A DNA stretch of 16,664 nucleotides from assembly GCF_006345805.1 (NCBI RefSeq), contig NW_021825123.1, forward strand, positions 1-16,664. The letters are read 5' to 3'. Source of the DNA: Octopus sinensis. Its lineage: Eukaryota. The notes below the pieces were generated by a model. That model was not told the DNA's origin and did not search any database. It was given only the letters and a program-made list of their open reading frames with translations. Below, piece by piece: positions 1 through 11,968 of this stretch. The translations under genes were made by a program, and so were the position numbers. Numbering within the stretch: the stretch's first letter is position 1; every line of letters starts with the position of its first letter.

Positions 1-165
1 TATGCATGTATATATACATGTAGATGTAGGTATGTACATATATGTATGTATGCATGTTTTATTTTTTAAATTGTTATTATATATATATATACATATGTGT
101 GTGTGTGTGTGTGTGTGTGTGTATGCACATGCATGTACACATGATTATATAGATAGATAGATAGA
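1..165. repeat. Mixed (TA)n/(TG)n/(GATA)n simple repeats
   Basis: Direct reading: TA and TG dinucleotide runs, and a GATA run at about 149-164. Confidence 0.9.
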
Positions 166-173
166 GAGACAAA

Positions 174-578
174 TAACTTTCATTATTGGCCACACGGGGT
201 TGAACACCGAGGAGACAAATACAAATGTAGAGCTTTCCTTTTCGAAGATGGAAAAGAAAAAGGTAAAAAAAAGAAACAAATGTAAAATTCCGATCAAAAG
301 GGATCGTGTATTACAGAAAGAGAATTTTTTTTAAAGTAAGAAACAAGATTAGGTTCATCCGCGGAAAGAAAAGCCTACACAAAAGACCAAGGTAACCTCA
401 GGTAGGGAGGAAATAAACACATGAGAGCAAAGTTCTCTCTCTCTTTTAACGACTTACATGATCATGCCCAATGTGGTTTCGTCATTCGCACGCACCATCT
501 TTGCTACATTCACCCACATTGTTTTGAAACTTACCAGATAAAACCTGCCTCTCCATTCTCACGTTCCTTTTGAAGGTG
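174..578 (-). mobile_element. 5'-truncated 3' end of a Tx1/L1-clade LINE (ORF2 C-terminus plus 3' UTR), related to the element at 6545-10391
   Basis: The reverse complement encodes (frameshifted) FKRNVRMERQVLS...WVNVAKMVRANDETTLGMIM* (stop at 454-456), matching LKRRMRIERKALS...WVNVAKMVSMKDDTILSINL at 9971-10090. The 3' UTR motifs (ccttggtcttt..tgtagg; tcgaaaag..ctacatt; cc.gtgtggc..caataa..aaagtta) are shared with 10160-10392. Confidence 0.85.
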
Positions 579-721
579 CGCAATATTTCACAATTGTTAA
601 AGAGAAAGAAGTCATGCTTCTTTGTTCACAGTTCAACACGCTTCTTCTTTCTCTTTAACTATTTTGAAATATTCTGTACCTTGAATTACGAACTGATGTG
701 GATGAATGAAGGTAAATATAT
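570..721. repeat. Local inverted plus direct duplication of 1563-1676
   Basis: 570-645 is the reverse complement of 1563-1638 (about 9 mismatches in 76 nt by eye). 644-721 is a direct copy of about 1596-1673 (about 6 mismatches in 78 nt). Confidence 0.85.
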
Positions 722-1346
722 TTAAAGTTATGCATATTTTTTCATAAAATATGGAGAATATTTAAATAAAATTAATTTTTTATAATTGAATTATTCAATT
801 TGTACATTAAATATGAAACGGACCTTTTAGGTTTGAACGGCAGTTTTTTCTAGCGGCGTCATATGAAATTGTCACCCATAATTATGACCCTAGTATTGAT
901 TTATTGCATTTCAATCTGTTTTAGGGTTAGTTAGGGTTAGGGTTAGTGGTGGGGGGATGGTATCTTCTTTTCTTCCCAAATGTAAATAAACCCAATCTGT
1001 TTCTTAAACGAGGGACATATTCATACGTCACAGAATGTTTTTTTACCTCAATAAACGTCATTGATTGGTTGAAATTGCAGAAATTGAAGAAAAAAACAAC
1101 AAATATCTTACAAACTATAGAATCTTCTCAATAAAGCCACGAGTAAAAGATGCTTTATAAACACATTCTACCAGTATACCAATTTTTTTGTTTTGGTTAC
1201 CTAGAAATTATGTTAAAAACTGCCGTTCAAACCGAAAAGATCCAAATATATTTAAAGTTATGCATATTTTTTCACAAAATATGGAGAATATTTAAATTAA
1301 ATTAATTTTTTTAATTGAATTATTCAGTTTATACATTAAACATGAA
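714..1346. repeat. About 104-bp direct repeats (714-817 and 1244-1346) flanking the MITE
   Basis: aaatatatttaaagttatgcatattttttca...cattaaa(t/c)atgaa occurs on both sides of the MITE, with about 6 differences. Confidence 0.9.
820..1243 (+). mobile_element. MITE (non-autonomous DNA transposon), copy 1, about 29-bp TIRs starting GG, internal TTAGGG repeats
   Basis: Left end ggaccttttaggtttgaacggcagttttt; right end aaaaactgccgttcaaaccgaaaagatcc. Homologous over its full length to the reverse complement of 12615-13067. No 8-bp TSD in this copy. The strand label is only relative to copy 2. Confidence 0.88.
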
Positions 1347-1684
1347 TCTAGTCCTGTATTAACCACGCTAACCTAAAAATAGACTTCATTCATCTCGACC
1401 GCGTTACACCATTTCACATCATGGAGGATTGTCGATGTTTTATTTAAATGTTGATCAGTCAACAAGCATGGGGATAAGTTTTTTAACCTCTCTTCTCCCT
1501 CTCTCCAAGTGTCTCTCTCTCTATATATACATAATTTGCCACTATCGGCCCAACAGCAAGTTAGAAGCGTATTGAACTGTGAACGAAGAAACATAACTTC
1601 TTTCTCTTTAACTATTTTGAAATATTGTGTACCTTGAATTATGGATTGACGTGGATGACTGAAGGTAAATATATATATATATAG

Positions 1685-1862
1685 TTGAAATTTATAAGAA
1701 AACAAGGGACGAAGACAGGTGTATGAGCAACAAGCAAGTGTATTAGTTTGACGCTAGGAAAAAATGAAAAACTCCTTTACGTTCGTTTCGAGCCTACGCT
1801 CTTCCACAGAAAGGGACACAGAAAAAAATATGTGTATTGGCTAACGATCTATCATGGCGACT
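1685..1862 (-). mobile_element. Short repeat between (TA)n tracts carrying a minimal hammerhead-like cassette (copy A); probable Penelope-like remnant
   Basis: Shares the gacgct...gtttcg..gctcttc..cagaa layout with 5935-6080 and 13571-13745. Boundaries are approximate. Confidence 0.55.
1774..1813 (-). ncRNA. Minimal type I hammerhead-like motif, A6U core variant
   Basis: Minus strand: CUUU-CUGUGGA-A-GAGC(GUAG)GCUC-GAAAC(GAAC)GUA-AAGG. Stem II is perfect; stem I has 4 bp with one G-U pair; the core deviates at position 6. Confidence 0.5.
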
Positions 1863-1863
1863 G

Positions 1864-1904
1864 ATATATATATATATATATATACATACACACACACACA
1901 CACA

Positions 1905-1955
<51 letters not shown>

Positions 1956-1973
1956 ATATAATATATCTATATA

Positions 1974-2006
<33 letters not shown>

Positions 2007-2039
2007 ATATAGATATATGTATGTATGCAATATATATAC

Positions 2040-2083
<44 letters not shown>

Positions 2084-2140
2084 ATATATATAATCTATAT
2101 AAAGATATATATTTGTGTGTGTATGTGTCTGTGTGTATAT
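1864..2140. repeat. (TA)n-rich microsatellite with (CA)n/(TG)n
   Basis: Direct reading. Confidence 0.92.
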
Positions 2141-2521
2141 AATACTTTTTTCAAGGAGAGGAGATTGACTTGGAAGTTTCGGTCAAAGGCTAGCATGCCA
2201 AAACTTTGAAGTTACTGTCCCCCTTCTTTTTTAAAAATGTAATAAATATGTACTTTAGGAAATGTATTGAGTAATTCTTTAGTTTAATGTTAAATTGCTT
2301 TTAATGTAATTCGACTTAAAAACAAACGTACATGCTTACGCATGTATATGTGTGTGTGTGAGTGTGTAAGGGTGTGTGGATGTCACAGCATTATTGCACC
2401 AACATCAATCAAGATGAAGAAAAGTGAAATTTTAAAGATATAGACGTCTTTTATATAATTGAAGATGAGAGGAATGAGGAACAAAAAAATGACGACTCTG
2501 GTAGGTATGTATGCGTGGGTA

Positions 2522-2523
<2 letters not shown>

Positions 2524-2561
<38 letters not shown>

Positions 2562-2582
2562 TGTGTGTATGTGTGTGTGTGC
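2524..2582. repeat. (TG)n microsatellite
   Basis: Direct reading. Confidence 0.92.
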
Positions 2583-2722
2583 GGGAGCAGGGAGCATGGG
2601 TGACGGAGGTGAATTGAAATGGGTTTGGGATAGCATGGTGATGGGGAGGTGGGTTATTTCGTGAATCGTCAGAGAAATTTTAAAAATTGTCGGGATTCTG
2701 GTAGATAAGTGGGGAAAATATG

Positions 2723-2723
<1 letters not shown>

Positions 2724-2807
<84 letters not shown>

Positions 2808-2821
2808 CATAGTAGAGATAG

Positions 2822-2896
<75 letters not shown>

Positions 2897-2913
2897 GCAG
2901 ACAGACAGACAGA
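2724..2913. repeat. (GATA)n tetranucleotide array, interrupted once, ending in (GACA)n
   Basis: Direct reading. Confidence 0.95.
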
Positions 2914-3054
2914 CTTTCAAAGAATGATAGACAATGTTAGAAATAAAAACTGTGGTAGATACAAACATATATAGATGAAATGAGTTTCTGTAAATGGGAG
3001 GTTGTGGGTTGATAAGCGCCAGTAAAATTGTAAAGGAAAAATTTTATATATATG

Positions 3055-3098
<44 letters not shown>

Positions 3099-3299
3099 GT
3101 ACGAAGAGAAAAATGGCTAAAAAATATATATAATATAGGAAAAAAAAACTGAAACCCCAAAATAGTCTCATCCGTTGCTGCTAGCAATGACACACCTCTC
3201 TAAAGTGACTATAAATTGCCAGATAGAAAAGACAGACAATAAGAAAAGAAATGAAGTGAAATGAGAGATTATGGGGGATTGAAAATAAATTATAAAAAA

Positions 3300-3488
3300 T
3301 TTATATTTGTGTGTGAGTGTGTGTATGTGTTCATGCATATATATATATATGGGTGTGTTTTCGCGTGTGAGTTAACGCATGTATTTATGTAAGTTTGTAT
3401 GTATATATTCATATTGTTTATTAAATTCAAACATGAAGATATATGCGTACGTGTGCATGTATAAATATATACAAACACACACATTCAC

Positions 3489-3530
<42 letters not shown>

Positions 3531-3876
3531 ATATATTCGCACGCATAATATATACTTAAACATATACACATGCACATTCAAATATATGTGTGTGTATATA
3601 TATGTATATATAAATATATATATATACATATATGTATATATATATATGGATATATATGTGTGTGTATGTATACACGTACATATATATATTTATGTACGTT
3701 TACATATATATGTATATATACGAATGTATGTATATATATATATATATATATGTTTGTATGTATGTATATGTGTATGTGTGTGTGTATGAAAAAAATTATA
3801 TCAGACACTCAGAGTAGACTTATTAATCCAACATGGACAATGCATTCTGCCCCTCTCTCTCCCTTTCTCTCTGTTT

Positions 3877-3915
<39 letters not shown>
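3300..3915. repeat. Degenerate TA/TG/CA simple-repeat field
   Basis: Direct reading; the source of the YIYI/VCVC/HTHT pseudo-ORFs. Confidence 0.85.
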
Positions 3916-4509
3916 TCACGATAATATACAGCAAAAACGCAAAACTAATGGTACGCACAAATACAGTTTACATACATGCAGGCAAAACGATCTACTTATA
4001 TTAAAATTAAGCATGAAGAAAAGAAGACACATCTCTCAAAGACACAAAAATTCCATCAAAGACAAGACCGTTTTGAACCGAAAATTTTTGTATTAAGATT
4101 GAGAGAATAAACGGTCTTTAAGACAAATTTGTTCTGGCAAATTTTTTTTTATTTGTCAAAACTTAGAAGTTTCAAATTTTAAAGAGTATGTAAATAAATG
4201 TATATGCATGTATGTGAGTACGTATGTATTAATGTATGTGTGTAAGTCTGTGAGTTTTTGATAGGAAATGTCTCAAATTTATGCAGGTGTACTCAGAAAT
4301 CTGTGTGAGTTTGACGGAGAATAAATGTATATATGCAAATATAAATGTTTATATATATGCAGAAAAAATATTTTAAATATTGGGGAAATTGTGTACGTAT
4401 ATATGGACATATCAGTGTGTGTATGTGTGCGGGAGAGTACATTTTGTGTGTAGATGTGTGAGTATGCGTATATGTACTTACAAGTATACGAGTGAAATTG
4501 AATGAATAT

Positions 4510-4623
4510 ATATGTGTGTTTGTGTAACTACGTATGTATGTGTTTATATAGATGCATGTATATATGTGTGTGTATTGTATGTGTGTATGTGTAGACAATA
4601 TTACACAGGTATACTTATTCTTC

Positions 4624-4696
<73 letters not shown>

Positions 4697-5519
4697 CTAT
4701 ATATATTATCTATATATATATATATTATATAAATATATATATATATATATATACATACATATATATACATATATATACATATATGTGTTTGTGTATATAT
4801 ATATGTATGTGTATATATATATATTTATATATACACATATATATATATATAACATATATATATTTATATATGAATGTAGAAATGCACACGTATATATTCT
4901 TTTAATTAAATAACTAGTGTTTAACTGAAAAATACTACATTTGTAATATTTCATTAGACAAACAGAAACACAACACATATACATACATATATATGCACGT
5001 ATATTTATACATGCACACACAGAGAAACACACACACAAACATATACGTATATGATTAAACTTCTGCAATATTTTTCAATAAATGCAATTATGCTTTATAC
5101 ACATACGCCTAGACATATATACAGATTTTGCTGCTGACATAAATACATACATAAAAAGAAACAGTTGTATTTATGTGTATGCTTGTACATAGCTATGTAT
5201 AAACACACACATATATATATACACAATATGAACATGCGTGTTTCTGTGTGTTTGTGTGCGTATATGCGTACATATGTATATATATATATATATATGTATG
5301 TACTAAGCATTTTTTTGTGTGTGGGTCTGTGTGTGTGTATGAGGGGAATGTGCGCATTAAATGTTTGAAGTGGAGAGAATGAGGGGAAAAGTTTTTGTTC
5401 TTCATTATTTCCTCGACTTAATCTGCCGTCAGGACATGCTTCTAATTTCGTAAACATGAAACCAAATGACATGACGCGGGAGAGCTCGGAAACATGTATT
5501 CTATATCAGCACACACACT

Positions 5520-5551
<32 letters not shown>

Positions 5552-5935
5552 CACACATACACATACACCCGCACGCATGCACACGTAAACACATGCACGT
5601 ACGTAGAATCAAACACGGGGAGACATATACACCCATATCCACACACATACACATGTATACAAAAATATTCTAGAATACTTCGACGCACACAGATGCTCAA
5701 ATTTTTATTTTTCACCCACTCAGCCATCTCTATTTGAGTATGTATATCTATGTGTCTGTGTGTCTGTGTGTGCGTGTGTGTGTGAGTGTGTGTGTTTGTA
5801 CATATATATATTGTGGGTGATTAAATAGTAGATGCTTATATACAAACTTATAGGCACACATACATACATGCACGCATACATACATGCACACATATGTACG
5901 TATGTGTGCTCCAGTGTATGTATATGTGTGTGTCG
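4510..5935. repeat. Degenerate TA/CA/TG simple-repeat field (long (TA)n at about 4627-4870, (CA)n at about 5510-5560)
   Basis: Direct reading; short unique stretches are interspersed. Confidence 0.8.
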
Positions 5936-6007
5936 GGAAATTAAATATTAAAATGAACAATCCATCAAAGTTAGGACGCTCATTTTTGTCACAGATGAAA
6001 GTGAGTG

Positions 6008-6043
6008 TCTTAACGTTTCGGACATTCGCTCTTCATCAGAAGA
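6008..6043 (-). ncRNA. Minimal type I hammerhead-like motif, dimer-type (copy B), within a short repeat at about 5935-6080
   Basis: Minus strand: UCUU-CUGAUGA-A-GAGC(GAAU)GUCC-GAAAC-GUU-AAGA. Canonical core, 4-bp stem I, stem II with one mismatch, stem III reduced to palindromic ACGU with no loop. Confidence 0.6.
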
Positions 6044-6401
6044 AAGGAAAAGTGACGAACAAAAATATTAAAGAGAAATAGAAAGAAAGAGAGAGGGGGT
6101 GGAAAGAAAGGGATAGAGAGAGAGGTGGAAATAAAGAGAGAGAGAGAGATGTGAATAGAGAAATTTGGGAATGTTGCCTGAGATTAGGACCTTACATATA
6201 GGAATACGTATATATTTTGTTTGATTTATCTTTGCCCAATAGCGGTCTCTCTATTAGTCTACCGCGCTACTATTTCCTTGTATGTTATCTGTCTATCAAT
6301 ATCTATGTTCTTGTCCGTCTGCCTGTCCATTAATCTGCTTCTCTCTCTTTGTCTCTCTACTTATCCCCTGTTTGCGTATCAATCCATTTATTAGTCTTCT
6401 G

Positions 6402-6544
<143 letters not shown>

Positions 6545-6740
6545 CGGACGTGCTATCACTTCGGCTCCGAAGGTAATCGTTTATTTTGACTATTTATAGC
6601 CCAATTTTTGTTTACATTTTTGTAAATAAGGTGTGTAAGGTACCCAACTTTCGTCTGAGTGCTTTCCAAGGGAGGAATTCGCTCCTAGGGGCAGTTTCAA
6701 ACCCATTTCATTTCTGTAATTTTCTTCTCGACATTAGAAA

Positions 6741-7655
6741 ATGTCGAGAAATTTTATTGTAGAACGCTGGTCGCGTTCCTTTATGGACCAGCATTTTCCT
6801 AGTTTGGAAACGCTTGGAGAAAAAAAGAACGTACGCACGCAAAGTGCAAACATGAATAACGGTCGAATGAATGCTGCAACCACGTGCGGTAACAGCCTTG
6901 TCACCACCACCACCACTAACAACAACAACCACGAGACTACTACTGCTACCACCACCACCTCCACCACCACCCACCACCACCACCACCACCACGACCAACA
7001 TAAATGATAAAAATAAAACTCACACGAAAACTATTGACAGCAACAACAAGAACAACAATAAAAATGAACTATCTAATAGTGAAGATGTTAATACAAAAAA
7101 ATCAACAACACCAGTAAATTTCGCTGACACTGCGTCAGAAGAAAGAGATTGTAACATTTACAAATGAAGAGCTCATAGAAACAAGAGCTCTCTTTACAAC
7201 CCGTGGACAAGATTTAGTGCTGCATACACCTCAACACATAAAGCAAGAAATAGAAAATAAGACAAATATTTATAAAATTATAAGTAAAAACAAAAAACTA
7301 AATGAACAGATTACAAAAACGGATGTAGAAAAATGCTTAAAAAACATAATGAAAAAAAAAAGAATATATAAACTGGGGTCCCCAGTTTAACACAGTAGTG
7401 GTCCGCTTCCCTTACCAGGAAGTGGCAAAAGCTCACTCTACTGAGTCTCTGGGAAATGATGAAATTATCATGGTCCCATACTATAAAAACCAGAGAATGA
7501 GTCGAATCACTATTAAAAATGTACCTCCCGAGATTCCTAACAAATGGATAACAAGGGCAATCTGTTACCATTTTACAAATATCAACATTTTGGAAAACGC
7601 CGTGTACCTTGGCGACATTTGGGGTGGGAAGACAATAGTGGTGACCATACAGATT
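6741..7655 (+). pseudogene. Frameshifted, C-terminally truncated ORF1-like (RRM-like) region of the LINE
   Basis: Joining frames across shifts (at about 6990, about 7141 and the A10 run at 7352-7361) gives ...KEIVTFTNEELIETRALF...EYINWGPQFNTVVVRFPYQEVA...RITIKNVPPEIPNKWI..., resembling the RRM segment of LINE ORF1 proteins. No zinc knuckle is seen. The assignment is inferred from position and motif style. Confidence 0.55.
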
Positions 7656-7678
7656 GAGGGAGACCCTATCGAGAGCCT

Positions 7679-10093
7679 ATCGTCAGAGCTAAAATGCGTG
7701 CCTTAAGGAACGAAGGAATTGAAACTGCGCGAGAGGCCCGGGTAGCGGAGGCGCAGTGTGGCAACAGAGCCACTATTCGGTCTCTAATAGATCAACAGGG
7801 ATGCAGTTTACTCGAACCCGAAAGGATGTGTGAGGCCTTTCAACAGCACTTTGCTCGACTGTTTGGTGCGAGTGGTGGGTCGGAACGCGGGATGGATTTC
7901 AGTGCCTACCTGACCGACCAGCCGCGGCTCTCGGCAAGAGAAGCGGAGTGTTGTGAAAGTCCCATCACAGCCGCTGACATGTGGGATCCGATGGCGGGCT
8001 GCGCGAGGGATAAGTCGCCTGGATTGGATGGTTTACCCTACGAGCTGTATTGTCGAATGCCAGACTTGTTTGGTGACCTCTTGGCATCAGTCTACTGCAA
8101 CTGGCAACAAAACGGGATAATCCCCGGTTTCGTGAGCCGAGGTGCAGTGACGTTGCTGAAGAAAGACCCAAAACAAGGGGAATTTTATAGATAATTTCAG
8201 GCCCATCACTCTGCTCAACGCAAATTTGAAAATTTTGGCCAAAGTAATAGCCGAGAGGTTGTCGCTTGTCATTGGTAAACTGGTCGACAGGGCGCAAACA
8301 TGCGCCGTGCCGGGCAGAACCATACATGACAACCTCCATCTGATGCGCTACATTGTGGATAGGGTAGTTAAGGATCCTGGCATGGGTGGGGGGCTGATAA
8401 ATTTGGATCAGTCTAAAGCTTTCGATAGGGTCGACCATCGGTACTTGGCGGCCGTCATCAGGGCGGCTGGCTTCGGTCCTGTCTTCCGCGGTTGGATCGC
8501 TGCCTTGTATAGCGGCATCCGATCGGTGATTCGGGTGAACGGTCACCTGTCGAAACCGTTTGACATCACGCGTTCGGTCCGTCAGGTGTGTCCCCTGTCG
8601 GCGCTTCTGTATGTATTGACTCTCGAGCCGCTACTGCGGAAGCTGGCGACACTGAGGGGAATCCCACGGGAAAAAAAAACTGAGTTGCGACGAGCGTGTC
8701 GGCATAAGCGGACGATGTCACCGTCATAGTGTCGAGCGACAAACACATCAGATGATAGGCGAGACACTAAGAAATACGAAACGGTGACGGGAGCAAAGAT
8801 TAACCCGGAAAAGTCAGTGGGTTTGCTACTCGGCACCTGGAGAAGCAAGCCCATGCCGTCCGACTGCGGCACAGTAGTGGGACGCTGGGCGGACGGACCG
8901 GTTAATTGGCTCGGGGTCTGGTTCAGTCCGGACCTCCAAATGGATAAGAACTGGGACGAGATCACGAGTAGAGTGGTCGCTCTCAGCCAAACATGGGCCG
9001 AGAGAAAGCTGTCTCTAAAAGGCCGGGCGGAGGTGGCGAACGCGTACATCGCATCCGTCATCGATTACCGCCTGACCGTCGTACCTTGTCCCGAGGCCAC
9101 CATCACCAAACTGGAACGCATACTCCTTCCGCTTCCTTGGAAGGGTGGCGTTCCGATGGTGAGGAAGTCCATTGCTGTCAACATCACTCCGTTGAATGGA
9201 GGACTGGGCATGCTGTGGTTGATGATGCGCAGGCATGCGCTGAGACTGCGGCATCTCTGGAACTTCATCGACGACGGTGAACAGGTGTGGGCGCCGTTTG
9301 TGAGGCGCGACTTCCCGCAGCTCGTCTCACTGACCGAACTGCAAACGTGGATCAAAAAGAGACCGAAACTGGGCGATTGGCACCGAGAGTGTCGCCAAGC
9401 TCTACAGCAGCTCTGCCGACCGGGGTCAAACTTGTGCAACTTACAAACGACTAAAGCATTCTATAGAGGACTAGTGGAGGGGAGGTCCGACGACACACTC
9501 GGGGCAAACCTGGGCGTCGACGAAGAATTCCTAACCCGCCTGTTCAGGACGACATTCGGGCCGGGGCCTATGGATAACTTCCAGAAATCCCTGGCTTGGC
9601 AGTGCTATCGAGACGCACTACCTGTTCGAGAGAAGAGCTACAGACACGGTTCGAAAATCATCACCGGCCCGACCTGCCCGAGGTGCGGTCAGAGCGACGA
9701 AACCGTTCTGCACGCACTCGTGCAGTGTCCAGATATTTCATAGCTGTGGTCCTTCGTCGAACAGCTGTTGTCACTGTAGGTCGGGCTCGCCTATCGGCCG
9801 AGTCTATCGTGAATATTGTCTCCCCACCTTCCTTAAAACGGGAAGGGAAAACGGTTTTTCGTTACGCTGATGGTTATGGCGAAAGAATGTGTGTGGTGAC
9901 GCGTTGAAAGGACTGCAAACAAACACACTTCCTCTCTGGTCAGTCTCTCGTCAACTTTTTCAAGTACCACTTGAAAAGGAGGATGAGAATAGAGAGGAAG
10001 GCTTTGTCGAACGAATGTTTTAATAAAAAGTGGGTAAATGTGGCAAAAATGGTCAGTATGAAAGATGACACTATTTTAAGCATAAATCTGCAA
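7679..10093 (+). pseudogene. Disrupted LINE ORF2 (reverse transcriptase plus zf-RVT-type CCHC finger); N-terminal APE endonuclease absent
   Basis: Motifs KSPGLDGLPYELY, FRPITLLNA, LDQSKAFDRVDH, VRQVCPLS (QG[C/D]PLS-like), the YADD motif mutated to *ADD (TAA at 8705-8707), KINPEKS, WLGV, and CPRCGQSDETVLHALVQC. Several frameshifts (about 8175, 8675, 8755, 9775) and stops. CAA at 10091-10093 aligns with the TAA stop of the related fragment. Confidence 0.93.
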
Positions 10094-10463
10094 CCAAAAG
10101 AGACAACGAGAAGAAAGGCCACTTACTCATGTGTTCTTTTTCGAATTGTGTGAGGTGACCTTGGTCTTTTTTGTAGGTTTTTCTTTCAAAGGCTACACCT
10201 AAACTGTGAACCTTATATATATATATATTGCTTTTTTATACACCATACAACCCGCAGATTCCTATTGATCAAACGTTTTTTTTTTTGTTTTTTTTGTGCC
10301 CCACCCATCCCACCTCGAAAAGAAAAAATTCTACATTGTATTTCGTCCATTTTTATTCTGTGTTTAGCCCTGTGTGGCTACAATAAAAAGTTATCTATCC
10401 ATCCATCCATCTATTTATTTATCAAGCTATCTATAACTATCAATCTATCCATCTGTATGTGTG

Positions 10464-10740
10464 TCTTTCTTTCTTTCTTTCCTTCTTTCCTTTTCCTCCT
10501 TCCTTCCTTCCTTCCTTCCTTCCTTCCTTCCTTCCTTCCTTCCTTCCTTCTTTCCTTCTTTCTTTCTTTCTTTCCTTCTTTCTTTCCTTCTTTCTTTCCT
10601 TCTTTCCTTCTTTCCTTCCTTTCTTCCTTCCTTCCTTCCTTTCTTCTTCCTTCCTTCTTCCTTCCTTTCTTCCTTCCTTCCTTCCTTCCTTCCTTTATTC
10701 CTTCCTTCCTTCCTTCCTTCCTTCCTTCCTTCCTTCCTTC

Positions 10741-10771
<31 letters not shown>

Positions 10772-10786
10772 TCCTTCTTTCTTTCT
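10464..10786. repeat. (TTCC)n/(TTTC)n polypyrimidine tract
   Basis: About 323 nt of pyrimidines with a single purine (A10697). Confidence 0.95.
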
Positions 10787-11074
10787 GTCTTTATTTGTCC
10801 ATTTCTTTATCTGTTTGCCAGCTTTTCTGCCTAACTGCCCGACTGTCGGTGTATCTGTCTATCTGTTCGTCTGTCTGTATATCAGTCTGTCAGACTGGCA
10901 GTCAGTCTGTCTCTCTGTCACTCTGTCTTCTCCCTTCAGCCATCTTACATTGATAAACACGTAAGCAGAAAGCTATAAAATAGGAACCCGGATGGAGTGT
11001 CCAAATAATAAATTTGATAGCGAGGCCATTAAATCACAATAGCGTTCTGGTGAAGAATACCGTACCACCGACAC

Positions 11075-11715
11075 GACGACCACCACTATCTCCACTACCA
11101 ACGCCAAAACCACCATCGCTACTATTACTGCTATTACCACTACAACCACCACTATCACCACCATAGCCACCACCACAAATATCACCACTACCATCACCAC
11201 CATCGTCATCGCTACTATTACCACCACCACCACCACCACCACCACTACCACTACTGCAACCACCACAATCACTACTACCACCATCACCACCAACATCTCT
11301 TCCACCATAACCACCACCACCACCACCACCACCACCACCACTACCACCACCGTCATCACCACCACCTCTACCACCACCATTACCTACCACTAACACAAAT
11401 ACATCACTTTCACAACCACCATCACCACTACCAATGATAACATTACCACACCATCACCGCCACCACACAACCACCACTACTAAAACCACCACAATCACTA
11501 CTACCACCATCACCACCAACATCTCTTCCATCATAACCACCACCACCACTACAACCACCACCACCACTCCCATCATCAATACCACTCCCATCACCAATAC
11601 CACCATCATCACCACCATCATCACCACCACCATCATCAACATCGACCCCATCACACTCGTCACCCCCATTACCACTCCTCATCACCACCACCACCACCAT
11701 TTCCACCACCATCAC
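11075..11715. repeat. Degenerate (ACC/ACT/ATC)n trinucleotide field with an internal duplication of about 60 bp
   Basis: accacaatcactactaccaccatcaccaccaacatctcttcca occurs at 11262 and 11488. Confidence 0.9.
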
Positions 11716-11869
11716 CCTTCCTTGTGCCAGTTCCATCTGCCGTAGTGTACCTAGGTACACCCAATTATGGGATTAACGCCGGACAAAAGAGAACCATTTA
11801 CAAGAATTTTCTTCTCTGAAGCCAAAATATCTCCAAGACATATGGGAAGGGGATGGGTGGGGGAGATTA

Positions 11870-11937
11870 ATGGTAGTGGTAATAGTAGTAGTAGTAGTAA
11901 TAGGGGTAGAAGTAGCAACAGAAGCTGTGGCATCAGA

Positions 11938-11968
<31 letters not shown>

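Larger units (their letters stand above)
6545..10391 (+). mobile_element. Degenerate, internally deleted Tx1/L1-clade non-LTR retrotransposon
   Basis: ORF1-like region, then ORF2 linker, RT, CCHC zinc finger and 3' UTR ending caataaaaagtt; TATC-type repeats on both sides. The 5' boundary is inferred from the end of the microsatellite. Confidence 0.85.

Noticed and set aside
921-946. True telomere or chromosome-fusion scar
   Set aside because: The TTAGGG units are short, degenerate and internal to both MITE copies.
1373-1705. 110-aa minus-strand ORF whose segment QYFKIVKEKEVMFLRSQFNTLL recurs at 581-645
   Set aside because: The recurrence is explained by local DNA duplication; the ORF crosses TA and GA microsatellites and has no recognisable domain.
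6655-6705. HDV-like ribozyme at the LINE 5' end (gga-attcgc-tcc mini-hairpin)
   Set aside because: P1, P1.1, P2 and J4/2 could not be assembled convincingly by eye.
7670-7692. CTGACGA on the minus strand inside the LINE
   Set aside because: No following stem II-GAAA-stem III; a chance match in coding sequence.
7965-9439. Antisense and alternate-frame ORFs over the RT region
   Set aside because: By-products of GC-rich LINE coding sequence; no recognisable motifs.
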